The translations under genes were made by a program, and so were the position numbers. The notes under the pieces are model-generated. The model made no database searches. It was not told where the DNA came from and saw nothing but the letters and a program-made list of their open reading frames with translations. Shown here piece after piece: positions 48,983-57,904 of a stretch of DNA of 64,000 nt. The stretch is from Polyangiales bacterium. Its GTDB lineage: Bacteria > Myxococcota_A > Polyangia > Polyangiales > Polyangiaceae. Position 1 is the first letter of the stretch. Every line of letters starts with the position of its first letter. Where the stretch lies: positions 32,001-96,000 of the forward strand of contig JBBRLQ010000014.1 in NCBI GenBank assembly GCA_038231275.1, given 5' to 3'.

Positions 48983-50511
48983 AGCGTCTCGCGTTTGCCT
49001 CGTTTGCCTCCCTCGGACTCGCCGTCTTCGCCTGCGGTGGCGCGCCTGCGCCGCTTCATCCGCCGCCCGCTCCGCCGGCTCCCGCGCCGTCGTCTACCGT
49101 GGTCGCGGCCGCGCCCGGTGCGCCGACGACGCCGGACGCCGCGTTTCGCGAGAGGCCGCCGGCGCCAGGACCCGCGGCGGTCTTCGTCGCGCCAAAGATC
49201 GTCGAAGGGAAGCTGAAGAACGGCATCCGCGTGCTCCTCGTCGAGCGGCATGATCTCCCGATCGTGAGCGTCCGGGTGGCCCTCAAGGCCGGCGCGTCGG
49301 ACCTGATGGGCGAGCGGCCCGAGGTGATGACCTTCGCCGGCGCGATGCTCGAGCAGGGCACCAAGAAGATGAACGCGCTCGAGCTCAGCGACGCGTTCGA
49401 CGCGATCGGAGCGACACACGGCGCGTACGTCGGCCAGGACTCCGGCGGCGCCGACGTGAAGGTGCTGACGGCGGAGCTCGACAAGGGCCTCGGCCTCCTC
49501 GCCGATGTCGTGCAGAACCCGTCGTTCCCGGACGCGGAGATCGAGCGCCTGCGTGCGCGGTGGCTCGGCTGGTCGCAGCAGCAGCGGTCGCAGCCCGGCA
49601 CGCTGATGCAGTCGGCGCTCGCGGCGAGCCTCTTCGGGCCCGCGCACCCGTACGGCAAGCCGCCGATCCTGAAGGAAGAGCAGATCAAGAAGATCACCAA
49701 GGCCGACGTGCAGAAGGCCTACGCGCGCGCGTTCACCGCAGGAAATGCGGCGATTTGCGTCGCGGGGGACATCACGAAGGACGCGCTGCTCCCCAAGCTC
49801 GAGGCGGCGTTCGGCGCGTGGAAGGGGCCTGCGCCCGCGCGCACCAAGATCGCGCCCCCGGTCCCCGTGAAGGACGCGCCGCGCCTCGTGCTCGTCGATC
49901 GCCCGGGCGCGCCGCAGTCGCAGGTGCAGGTGGCGGAGGTCGGCGTGCCGTTCTCCACGCCCGATCGCGACGCGATCGCCGTCATGAACGCGATCCTCGG
50001 CGGCATGTTCTCGAGCCGCATCAACCTGAACCTGCGCGAGAAGCACGCGTACACCTACGGCGCGCGGAGCGGCTTCGCGATGCGCCACGGCGCGGGGCCG
50101 TTCGCGGCGGGCGGCGCGATCATCGCTGACAAGACGGCGCCGGCGATCCACGAGCTCTTCACCGAGGTGGGCGGCATCCGCGACGCCGAGGTGAGCGCCG
50201 AGGAGCTCGCGGGGGCCAAGGAGAGCATCCGGCTCGCGATGCCTGCGCGCTTCGAGACCGTCAGCGCCGTCACCGACGCGCTCTCCGATCTCGTCGTCCA
50301 CGACCTCGCGCTCGACGAGTACGAGAAGCGCCCGGGTCGCATCGACGCGGTCACCGCGGCCGACGTGAAGAAGGCCGCACTGGCGCACCTCCATCCGCAG
50401 AAGATGCGGGTCATCATCGTCGGTGATCGCAAGGCACTCGGCGAGTCGCTCGAGACGCTGCACATGGGCGCCGCCGAGGTCCGCGACGCGTTCGGCGATC
50501 TCGTCAAGTAG
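48979..50511 (+). CDS. M16B peptidase, non-catalytic partner subunit (lipoprotein)
   Basis: M16 fold motifs (LKNGIRV, ILGGMFSSRINLNLREKHAYTYG) without HxxEH; GTGA overlap with the catalytic subunit. Confidence 0.9.
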   Translation: MKRLAFASFASLGLAVFACGGAPAPLHPPPAPPAPAPSSTVVAAAPGAPTTPDAAFRERPPAPGPAAVFVAPKIVEGKLKNGIRVLLVERHDLPIVSVRVALKAGASDLMGERPEVMTFAGAMLEQGTKKMNALELSDAFDAIGATHGAYVGQDSGGADVKVLTAELDKGLGLLADVVQNPSFPDAEIERLRARWLGWSQQQRSQPGTLMQSALAASLFGPAHPYGKPPILKEEQIKKITKADVQKAYARAFTAGNAAICVAGDITKDALLPKLEAAFGAWKGPAPARTKIAPPVPVKDAPRLVLVDRPGAPQSQVQVAEVGVPFSTPDRDAIAVMNAILGGMFSSRINLNLREKHAYTYGARSGFAMRHGAGPFAAGGAIIADKTAPAIHELFTEVGGIRDAEVSAEELAGAKESIRLAMPARFETVSAVTDALSDLVVHDLALDEYEKRPGRIDAVTAADVKKAALAHLHPQKMRVIIVGDRKALGESLETLHMGAAEVRDAFGDLVK

Positions 50512-50553
50512 CCTCGAGGAGGCCCGTGGTAGGCTGGCCACCGTAAATCGAAC

Positions 50554-51732
50554 ATGGTGGCCGCCCCCACGAAAGACCAGCTCCCGGTTCGCCTCGCGCA
50601 GATCGCCCGTACGCTCGAGTCGCAGTTCCTCGGGAAAGAGGAGGTCATCCGCCTCCTCTTGATCGCGACGATCGCCGGCGAGCACGCCGTCCTCATCGGC
50701 CCGCCGGGCACCGCGAAGAGCGCGCTCATCCGCATGTTCGCGCGCCTGCTCCAGGCACAATACTTCGAGTATCTCCTCACCCGTTTCACCGAGCCGAACG
50801 AGATCTTCGGCCCGGTCGACATCGCCGCCTTCCGCGAGGGTCGCTACCAGCGCCGCGTCGAGGGCATGCTGCCGATGGCGGAGATCGTCTTCCTCGACGA
50901 GGTCTTCAAGAGCAACTCGGCGATCCTGAACGCGCTCCTCTCGCTCTTGAACGAGCGGCGCTACACGAGCGGCGGGACCATCCTGAAGGCGCCACTGCTG
51001 TCGTGCTTCGGCGCGTCGAACGAGGTGCCGAGCGACGAGACGCTCACCGCGATCTTCGATCGATTCCTCCTCCGAATCCGGAGCGACAATCTCGACGCGT
51101 ACCACTTCCAGGATCTCCTCCAGAAGGGGATCCAGCACGAGCTCATGGGCCTCACCGACGCGCCCGTGCAGCCGCTCGCCAGCGCGCGCGAGATTGCGGA
51201 GCTTCATCGCGCGTTCGCGCAGCGCATGCGGTTCACGGAAGACTTTTTTAGCGCCTACAAGGGTCTCGTCTTCCAGATCCGCGCGGAGGGCGTGAGCCTC
51301 AGCGATCGGCGCGTCGTGAAGCTCCTCAAGCTCTTCGCGGCGAGCGCGTACTTGGACGGGCGCGCGCAGCCGGACAACAGCGATTTCTTCGTGCTCAAGC
51401 ACATCTGGAACAACGAAGATCAAGCGGCGATCCTCGAGTCGATCGTGACGCCGGTGCTGGAGGCGCATTACCGCGATCACCCGCATGCGCGTCGCGTCGG
51501 CGCGGCGGGGATCGGCATCGAGGCGCTCGCGGCGGAGATCGATCGCGTGCGTCAGGTGCTGACCGGCGCCGGCGGGCTCTCCGATGTGCAGCTGTTCAGC
51601 CAGCTCAAAGCGCTCAACGAGATCAAGGCCGCCCTCGGCGCGTCGCCCGATCCGCGCGCGCCGGAGCTCTCGCAGCGCGTCGATCAGCTCCTCGAGGCGG
51701 CGTTTCGCAGCGGCCGCTTCGCGCAGCTGTGA
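50554..51732 (+). CDS. RavA/MoxR-family AAA+ ATPase
   Basis: GPPGTAKS (Walker A), [22 protein letters not shown] (Walker B), ASNE, DRF and SDRR motifs. Confidence 0.92.
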   Translation: MVAAPTKDQLPVRLAQIARTLESQFLGKEEVIRLLLIATIAGEHAVLIGPPGTAKSALIRMFARLLQAQYFEYLLTRFTEPNEIFGPVDIAAFREGRYQRRVEGMLPMAEIVFLDEVFKSNSAILNALLSLLNERRYTSGGTILKAPLLSCFGASNEVPSDETLTAIFDRFLLRIRSDNLDAYHFQDLLQKGIQHELMGLTDAPVQPLASAREIAELHRAFAQRMRFTEDFFSAYKGLVFQIRAEGVSLSDRRVVKLLKLFAASAYLDGRAQPDNSDFFVLKHIWNNEDQAAILESIVTPVLEAHYRDHPHARRVGAAGIGIEALAAEIDRVRQVLTGAGGLSDVQLFSQLKALNEIKAALGASPDPRAPELSQRVDQLLEAAFRSGRFAQL

Positions 51733-52379
51733 CGTCCGGCATCTTCCGCGGGAGGCTCGCGGCGATCGAGACGTCGACGGCGCTCGGCTCGGTGGCGCTC
51801 TTCGAAGACGGCGTTCTGGTGCTCGAGCGTGAGCAGCGCGTGTCCAACGCGCACGGCGAGTCTCTGCTGCCGATGCTCGACCAGGTCATGCGCGAGGTCG
51901 GCTGGCGCCCGGGGGACGTCGCACGATGGGGCGTCGGGATCGGCCCCGGATCGTTCACCGGCGTCCGCATCGGCGTCGCGCTCGCGAAGGGGATCCACCT
52001 CGCGACGGGCGCAGAGCTCGTCGGGATCACGTCGCTCGACGCGATCGCCGCGGCGGCGCCCGACGCTTCCGCGGCTGTGATCGCGGTGCTCGGCGCGATG
52101 CGCGGCGAGGTCTTCGCGCAGGCGACGGGAGAAATCGCGCGACCTCCGGAGTGCGTGCGCATCGACGATTGGGAGGCGTGGCTCACCGCGTTGGGGACGG
52201 ACGCGCCGCGCGCGGCGCTCGTGGGCGACGCCGCGCCGATCGTCTCGGGCACGCCGCCTCACGCGCGCCTCGTCGGGCGCCTCGCCCTCACGCGGACGGC
52301 AGACGACGCCGACGCGCTGGAGCCCGTCTACGTCCGTCCGCCGGACATCACGATGCCGAAAGCGAAGCCCACGAAATAG
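51729..52379 (+). CDS. tsaB: tRNA threonylcarbamoyladenosine biosynthesis protein TsaB
   Basis: [24 protein letters not shown] and EPVYVR motifs. Confidence 0.92.
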   Translation: MTSGIFRGRLAAIETSTALGSVALFEDGVLVLEREQRVSNAHGESLLPMLDQVMREVGWRPGDVARWGVGIGPGSFTGVRIGVALAKGIHLATGAELVGITSLDAIAAAAPDASAAVIAVLGAMRGEVFAQATGEIARPPECVRIDDWEAWLTALGTDAPRAALVGDAAPIVSGTPPHARLVGRLALTRTADDADALEPVYVRPPDITMPKAKPTK

Positions 52380-52396
52380 CGCCGACGCGCGGGTCG

Positions 52397-52747
52397 TTAC
52401 TTCTTCTTCGCGGTGTTGCTGATGCCGGTGCCCGCGTCGGCCGTCGCGACGGCGCCGCCTGCGTCGGTCGTCGTGGTCGCAGCGCCCGCATCCGTGGCCG
52501 TCGGGGTCGGGGTCGGGGTCGGCGCCGGAGCGACCGGATCCTGCCGGTTCGGGTTGAAGAAGCCGCGCTGCTTGGTCTCGAGCGGAGCCGTCGTCGGAGC
52601 GGTGCCTGGTGCCGGAGCCGGAGGCGGGACCACACCGGGCGCCGCGCCGTTCCCTGGCGTCGCGGGCTCCTTGCCGTCGTTCATGTGGACCTCGCAGGCA
52701 ACGACCATCGCGAGAAGTGCCCCGAACCCGAGAAGATGAACGCGCAT
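52397..52747 (-). CDS. Small Pro/Thr/Ala-rich lipoprotein
   Basis: GGAGG 7 nt before the ATG; lipobox VVAC; low-complexity mature region. Confidence 0.7.
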   Translation of the reverse strand: MRVHLLGFGALLAMVVACEVHMNDGKEPATPGNGAAPGVVPPPAPAPGTAPTTAPLETKQRGFFNPNRQDPVAPAPTPTPTPTATDAGAATTTTDAGGAVATADAGTGISNTAKKK

Positions 52748-52826
52748 GCAAGAACCTCCAGGTGCCGTTTTGAAATGCCCCCGTTGGACGGAGGCGACGC
52801 AAATTCCAATCAAACCCTACGAAACA

Positions 52827-53507
52827 TCAGTCAAAATCTTCGATTTTCCAGAGTCCACGCTCACGGACGAGCTGGAGGGTGCCGGCGCCGTACGGCATCG
52901 TCGCACGCTCTCCGGTCTCTTCGATCGTGGCGGTCGGGAGCGCTTGTTTCAGAGCGCTGAGGACCTGATCCATCTCTTCTTTGTCGTGCCCCTCCCACGC
53001 CCCTTTGAGCTTGGCGGCGTCGAGGCCTTCCTTGTGGCCATCGGGCACGTAGCGGAGCACCACGTCGTAGCGCTTTCGCTCGAGCGCGCGGACGAAGCCT
53101 TGCACCGCGTGGCGCGGCGAGTCCTGCGCGTACAGGTCGATCGCGGTCGCTTCGACGCGCCAGGCGCCGCTCTCGAGGACGAGCTGGAGCTCTTGCCCGT
53201 TGGGGCCTGTCACCGTCGCGGTCACGACCGGCGGAGCGGTGGGGCGCGCGAGGGAGCGGCCGATCTCTTTGACCTCCTCGGGGCTGTCCTTGACGAGGCG
53301 CCGGAACGCTTCGAGCGAGATGCCGCGCCGCGCTTCGTCGCTGAGCATGCGGTACGCGTCCTCGGCGCGGCCGTCTTCGAGCGCCTTCGCGTACGCCTTG
53401 AGCACGCTCGACGGATCATCCGCGGTGCGCTGACCGCCGCCGCACGCCGCGAGCGCCGTGGCGGCGACGAGCGAGATGGCGAGCATCCTGGGGCGAAGCC
53501 GGAGCAT
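52827..53507 (-). CDS. Lipoprotein with two NTF2-like repeats
   Basis: Lipobox LAAC; two units P..V...F/Y..ALE...LVxExGxWxV/I. Confidence 0.75.
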   Translation of the reverse strand: MLRLRPRMLAISLVAATALAACGGGQRTADDPSSVLKAYAKALEDGRAEDAYRMLSDEARRGISLEAFRRLVKDSPEEVKEIGRSLARPTAPPVVTATVTGPNGQELQLVLESGAWRVEATAIDLYAQDSPRHAVQGFVRALERKRYDVVLRYVPDGHKEGLDAAKLKGAWEGHDKEEMDQVLSALKQALPTATIEETGERATMPYGAGTLQLVRERGLWKIEDFD

Positions 53508-53544
53508 TTCGCGCCGATTGGTACCACGGACGCGGTGCGTTTCG

Positions 53545-53973
53545 CTAGAACTGCACGGCCGCGGGGGCGCGGAAGAGGGGATGCGCGTCGTCGACCCCGC
53601 GTACGAGCAGATCCACGCCCCACGCGATGACCAGGCCCGACGCGGTGCCGATGACGTCCCACGCGAAGTCGCGCCACGACGGATCTCCGTGGCCAAGCGC
53701 GTCCCAACCCTCTTTCGCCGCCCCGACGCCGATCGCCACGCCCGCGCCGATCGCGAGCGCCGACCAGCGCGTGCGCGCGGCGCTGTGGTTCACGGCGATC
53801 ACGTACGTCTCTGCGGCGATGCCGCCGGTGACCACGAAGTGCTCGAATTTGTCCCGACCGAGCCACGGGTCGTCGTCGGCAGCGATCGCGCGCGACGGCG
53901 TGATCGCGCACGCGCAGGCGACGGCGGCGGCGATCGTGGTAGAGGCAAGGCGATGCCGTTCGCGACCGGGCAT
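53545..53973 (-). CDS. YfiM/DUF2279-like membrane protein
   Basis: C-terminal part of ORF 53545..55443: DPWLGRDKFEHF, AAKEGWD and SWRDFAWDVIG motifs. Confidence 0.8.
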   Translation of the reverse strand: MPGRERHRLASTTIAAAVACACAITPSRAIAADDDPWLGRDKFEHFVVTGGIAAETYVIAVNHSAARTRWSALAIGAGVAIGVGAAKEGWDALGHGDPSWRDFAWDVIGTASGLVIAWGVDLLVRGVDDAHPLFRAPAAVQF

Positions 53974-54804
53974 GGTGGCGCCCAGATCTACTACGAGACC
54001 GTGGGCGAGCGGGGGCCGTGGGTGGTCCTCATCCAGGGGCTCGGCCTCTCGTCGCGTTTTTGGTTCCAGATCCCGAAGCTCCTCGCCGGCGACGCCGCGC
54101 ACGAGCACCGCGTGATCGTCCTCGACAACCGCGGCACCGGGCGAAGCGCCAGGCCGCGCGGCCCGTATCGAATGGCGCACATGGCCGACGACGTCGCCGC
54201 CGTGATCCGCGCGGCCGGAGTCGACGGGGCGATCGTCTGCGGCATCTCGATGGGCGGGATGATCGCGCAAGAGGTCGCGCTGCGTCACCCACGCCTCACG
54301 CGCGGCCTCGTGCTCCTCGCGACGTGGGCGGGGATGCCGCACGTGCAGCTCCCGAGCCCGTCGGCGCTGGCGATGTTGGTGTCGGTGCCGTTCCGTCCTC
54401 AGAAATCGCGAGGGCGGGCGCTCGCGCGGGTTCTCTTGCCGCGCGCGCAGGTCGGCAACGCGCGCGAGCTCATGGGCCACTGGCCGGCGGCGCTGGCCGC
54501 AGATCCGACGAGCCTCACGAGCTTCTTCTCGCAGCTCGCCGCCGCGTCGCTCCACACCACGGGATTTCGGCTGAAGCGCATCGCGTGCCCCACCGTGGTC
54601 GTCTGCGGCGAGGAGGACGCGATCATGCGTTGTGGCAACGCCAAGATCCTCGCATCGCGCATCCCCGGCGCAAGGCTCGAGATCCTGCCAGGCGTCGCGC
54701 ACGGCATTCCGATGATGGACGAGCGCGCGATCGTCCGCGCCGTCGCGTCGATCAGCACTTCCAGGCGTGACCCTCACAACGGCACAGAGGAACGCCGCTC
54801 GTGA
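53953..54804 (+). CDS. Alpha/beta hydrolase
   Basis: IYYETVG, DNRGTGRS, GISMGG, GEED and VAHG motifs. Confidence 0.9.
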   Translation: MPFATGHGGAQIYYETVGERGPWVVLIQGLGLSSRFWFQIPKLLAGDAAHEHRVIVLDNRGTGRSARPRGPYRMAHMADDVAAVIRAAGVDGAIVCGISMGGMIAQEVALRHPRLTRGLVLLATWAGMPHVQLPSPSALAMLVSVPFRPQKSRGRALARVLLPRAQVGNARELMGHWPAALAADPTSLTSFFSQLAAASLHTTGFRLKRIACPTVVVCGEEDAIMRCGNAKILASRIPGARLEILPGVAHGIPMMDERAIVRAVASISTSRRDPHNGTEERRS

Positions 54805-55219
54805 AGCACGCGCTCGCGCTCGCGGGCAGGCACGTCGACGACTCGAGGTAGCACGCGCCCTCCGCCTCGACGCCCTCGTCGGGGCAGTCGGGGTACGGAT
54901 CGTAGCCCTTCGGCGCAGCGGAATCGCACGTCCACGCGCCGCCATCACACCGGCACGTTCCGAAGAGAAGGTTGGGCGACGGGCACGCGGTGGCGGCGTC
55001 GCATGCGCGGCCGGGGCGAACTCCTGCGGGCGCCGGGCACGCAGCGACGCGCCCCTGGTCGACGAGGGTGCCAGAGCACCCGCGCGCCGTTCGTGCGGCG
55101 CTCGTCTGTTGCGGAGCGGGCTCCGAGGCCACGGCTCCACTGCTGCACGCGGTGGCCAAAACGGCCGAGCCAGACATCGAGAAGAAGATGAATAAGCGAA
55201 GGAGGCTAATTGGCTGCAT
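54752..55219 (-). CDS. Small Cys-rich lipoprotein
   Basis: Lipobox ATAC; two CP...G.AC...C..CRC.G..W.C units; strong sigma54-type promoter upstream. Confidence 0.7.
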   Translation of the reverse strand: MQPISLLRLFIFFSMSGSAVLATACSSGAVASEPAPQQTSAARTARGCSGTLVDQGRVAACPAPAGVRPGRACDAATACPSPNLLFGTCRCDGGAWTCDSAAPKGYDPYPDCPDEGVEAEGACYLESSTCLPASASACFTSGVPLCRCEGHAWKC

Positions 55220-55243
55220 CGTGAGACCGACGAGGATGGGTAG

Positions 55244-55259
55244 AGCAACGTCCGCGCCA
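55244..55259 (-). promoter_or_regulatory. sigma54 (-24/-12) promoter
   Basis: Minus strand TGGCGCG-GACG-TTGCT, 25 nt upstream of ATG 55219. Confidence 0.75.
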
Positions 55260-55422
55260 CGTCGGCGGCGTTCAGCAAATCCGGCCCTTTGGGGTCAGCG
55301 CGCACACGGATGAGCGTCACGCGCGCCGTCGCTCCATGACGCAGCGATCGCGGTGCGCCGAGCGGCTCGGCTCGGGAAAATCCAGCTCGTCCGCCGGCCG
55401 CGCACGAGCCTACGCGCCTCGA

Positions 55423-55444
55423 GTTGACCGCCGCTCCGGTCAAC
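55423..55444. promoter_or_regulatory. Perfect 8-bp inverted repeat, candidate operator or enhancer
   Basis: GTTGACCG-ccgctc-CGGTCAAC in the divergent intergenic region before lon. Confidence 0.45.
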
Positions 55445-55487
55445 GACTTCCGCTCTCTAGGGCCTTCGACGGTGATATACCGACAAC

Positions 55488-57887
55488 GTGAGCCCCGAGT
55501 CTTCCCGGTCCGGCGAGCGCGAGCATGAGACGCTCCCCATCCTGCCGCTCAGAAACAGCGTGGTGTTCCCCGCGAGCGTCGTCCCCATCAACGTCGGCCG
55601 CGCGCGCAGCGTTCGCCTCGTCGAGGATCTGCTCGGCCAGGACCGCGCCGTCGTGGGCATCGTCAGCCAGAAGGACGCAGAGATCGACGAGCCGGGCTTC
55701 GAGGACCTCTACGACGTCGGCACCGTCGCGCGCGTCGTGAAGGTGATTCGCCTCGGCCCGTCGAACTACTCGGTCGTCCTCCACGGCCTGTCGCGCCTCA
55801 AGCTGAACGGCATCGCGTCGCTCGAGCCGTACATGCGCGCCAACGTGAAGCGCGTGCCCGAGGATCTGGAGCGCGACGTCGAGCTCGACGCCCTCGGCGC
55901 GGCGCTGCGCGCGTCGACGCGCGAGGTGCTCCAACTGATGCCGAGCCTCCCCAAGGAGACGGGGCACGTCCTCGACAACGTCCGCGAGGCGGGCGCGCTC
56001 GCCGATCTGATCGCCTCGAACCTGCCGATGGAGCAGGCGAGCGTCAGCGACAAGCAGAAGATCCTGGAGACGTTCGACGCGAAGGCCCGCGTGCGCCTCG
56101 TGTCGGCGATCATCGGCAAGCAGCTCGAGATGCTGCGCGTGAAAAAAGAGATCAGCACGATGGTCGCCGACGAGGGCCGATCGCAGCGCGAGCTCATCTT
56201 GCGCCAGCAGATGCGCAGCATCAAAGAGGAGCTCGGCGAAGGCGGCGAGGACGACGAGGTGGAGGAGCTCCGCGAGCGCCTGCGCCTCGCCCAGCTCCCC
56301 GAGGACGCCGCGAAGATCGCCAAGAAGCAGCTCTCGCGCCTCGCCGGGATGCAGCAGCAGTCGGCGGAGTTCAACGTCACGCGCACGTACCTCGAGTGGC
56401 TGAGCGATCTGCCGTGGAGCAAGACCACCAACGACAAGCTCGATCCGAAGGACTGCCGCCGCTGCCTCGACGAAGATCACTTCGGCCTCGAGAAGGTGAA
56501 GAAGCGCATCGTCGAGTACATGGCGGTCCGCAAGCTGCGCGCCGACAAGAAGGGGCCGATCCTCTGCTTCGTCGGTCCCCCCGGCGTCGGCAAGACGTCG
56601 CTCGGCCGCTCGATCGCGCGCTCGATGGGGCGCCGCTACCACCGCATCGCGCTCGGCGGCGTCCGTGACGAAGCGGAGGTTCGCGGCCACCGGCGCACGT
56701 ACGTCGGCGCGCTCCCGGGCCGGATCATCCAGGGCCTGAAGAAGGTCGGCACGCGCAATCCCGTCTTGGTCTTGGACGAGATCGACAAGCTCGGCGTCGA
56801 CGTCATGGGAGATCCCGCCGCCGCCCTCCTCGAGGTGCTCGATCCCGCACAAAACAGCACGTTTCAGGATCACTACATCGACACGCCGTTCGATCTCTCG
56901 AACGTGACGTTCCTTGCTACCGCGAACAACCCCGAGACGATCCCCGGTCCGCTGTGGGACCGCCTCGAGGTCATCGAGGTTCCGGGCTACACGCGGATGG
57001 AGAAGAAGAACATCGCGCGCGAGTTCCTCTGCCCGAAGCAGCTCTCCGCGCACGGCCTCACCGACGAGCGTATCGATTTCACGGACGACGGCATCGTCGC
57101 GCTCATCGAGAGCTACACACGCGAAGCGGGCGTCCGCGGCCTCGAGCGCGAGATCGGCAGCGTGTGCCGCCACGTCGCAATGCGCCTCGCCGAAGGGGAG
57201 GACGTGCGTATCGCAGCCGACGCCGCGACGGTGGAGAAGATCCTCGGCGCGCCGCGCTACACGCCCGATCTCGCCGAGCGCACGAGCTCGCCGGGCGTCG
57301 CGACGGGCCTCGCGTGGACGCCGTCGGGCGGCGACATCTTGTTCATCGAAGCGAGCAAGATGCCCGGCAAGGGCGCGGTCGTCATCACTGGCAACCTGAA
57401 GAGCGTCATGCAGGAGTCGGCGGCCACCGCGGTCTCCTTCGTCCGCAGCAAGACGGCGCAGCTCCACCTCGACCCCGAGTTCTTGAAGAGCATCGATCTC
57501 CACCTGCACGTGCCGAAGGGCGGCACGCCGAAGGATGGCCCGTCGGCCGGCGTGACGATGTTCACCGCCGTCGCGTCGCTCCTCTTGAACGCGCCGGTGA
57601 AGCGCGAGGTGGCGATGACCGGAGAGATCACGCTCCGCGGCAACGTGCTGCCGGTCGGCGGGATCAAGGAGAAGCTCCTCGCCGCCCACCGCGCTGGCAT
57701 CAAAGAGGTGCTCCTGCCGTTTCGCAACGAGAAGGATCTCGAGGACGTCCCGAAGGACGTGCTCGCGGAGCTGAAGATCCACTTCATCAAGCGCATGGAT
57801 GAGATCCTCCCGCTGGTCCTCGAGGCGCCGGCGCCGACCGAGGAGCCGCCGAGCATTCCTCCGCCGCAAGCGGCCCCGCCGGCCTGA
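55488..57887 (+). CDS. lon: ATP-dependent protease La
   Basis: [33 protein letters not shown] (Ser) and [12 protein letters not shown] (Lys) motifs. Confidence 0.97.
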   Translation: MSPESSRSGEREHETLPILPLRNSVVFPASVVPINVGRARSVRLVEDLLGQDRAVVGIVSQKDAEIDEPGFEDLYDVGTVARVVKVIRLGPSNYSVVLHGLSRLKLNGIASLEPYMRANVKRVPEDLERDVELDALGAALRASTREVLQLMPSLPKETGHVLDNVREAGALADLIASNLPMEQASVSDKQKILETFDAKARVRLVSAIIGKQLEMLRVKKEISTMVADEGRSQRELILRQQMRSIKEELGEGGEDDEVEELRERLRLAQLPEDAAKIAKKQLSRLAGMQQQSAEFNVTRTYLEWLSDLPWSKTTNDKLDPKDCRRCLDEDHFGLEKVKKRIVEYMAVRKLRADKKGPILCFVGPPGVGKTSLGRSIARSMGRRYHRIALGGVRDEAEVRGHRRTYVGALPGRIIQGLKKVGTRNPVLVLDEIDKLGVDVMGDPAAALLEVLDPAQNSTFQDHYIDTPFDLSNVTFLATANNPETIPGPLWDRLEVIEVPGYTRMEKKNIAREFLCPKQLSAHGLTDERIDFTDDGIVALIESYTREAGVRGLEREIGSVCRHVAMRLAEGEDVRIAADAATVEKILGAPRYTPDLAERTSSPGVATGLAWTPSGGDILFIEASKMPGKGAVVITGNLKSVMQESAATAVSFVRSKTAQLHLDPEFLKSIDLHLHVPKGGTPKDGPSAGVTMFTAVASLLLNAPVKREVAMTGEITLRGNVLPVGGIKEKLLAAHRAGIKEVLLPFRNEKDLEDVPKDVLAELKIHFIKRMDEILPLVLEAPAPTEEPPSIPPPQAAPPA

Positions 57888-57904
57888 GCCGACGGAGGAC
57901 AGGG

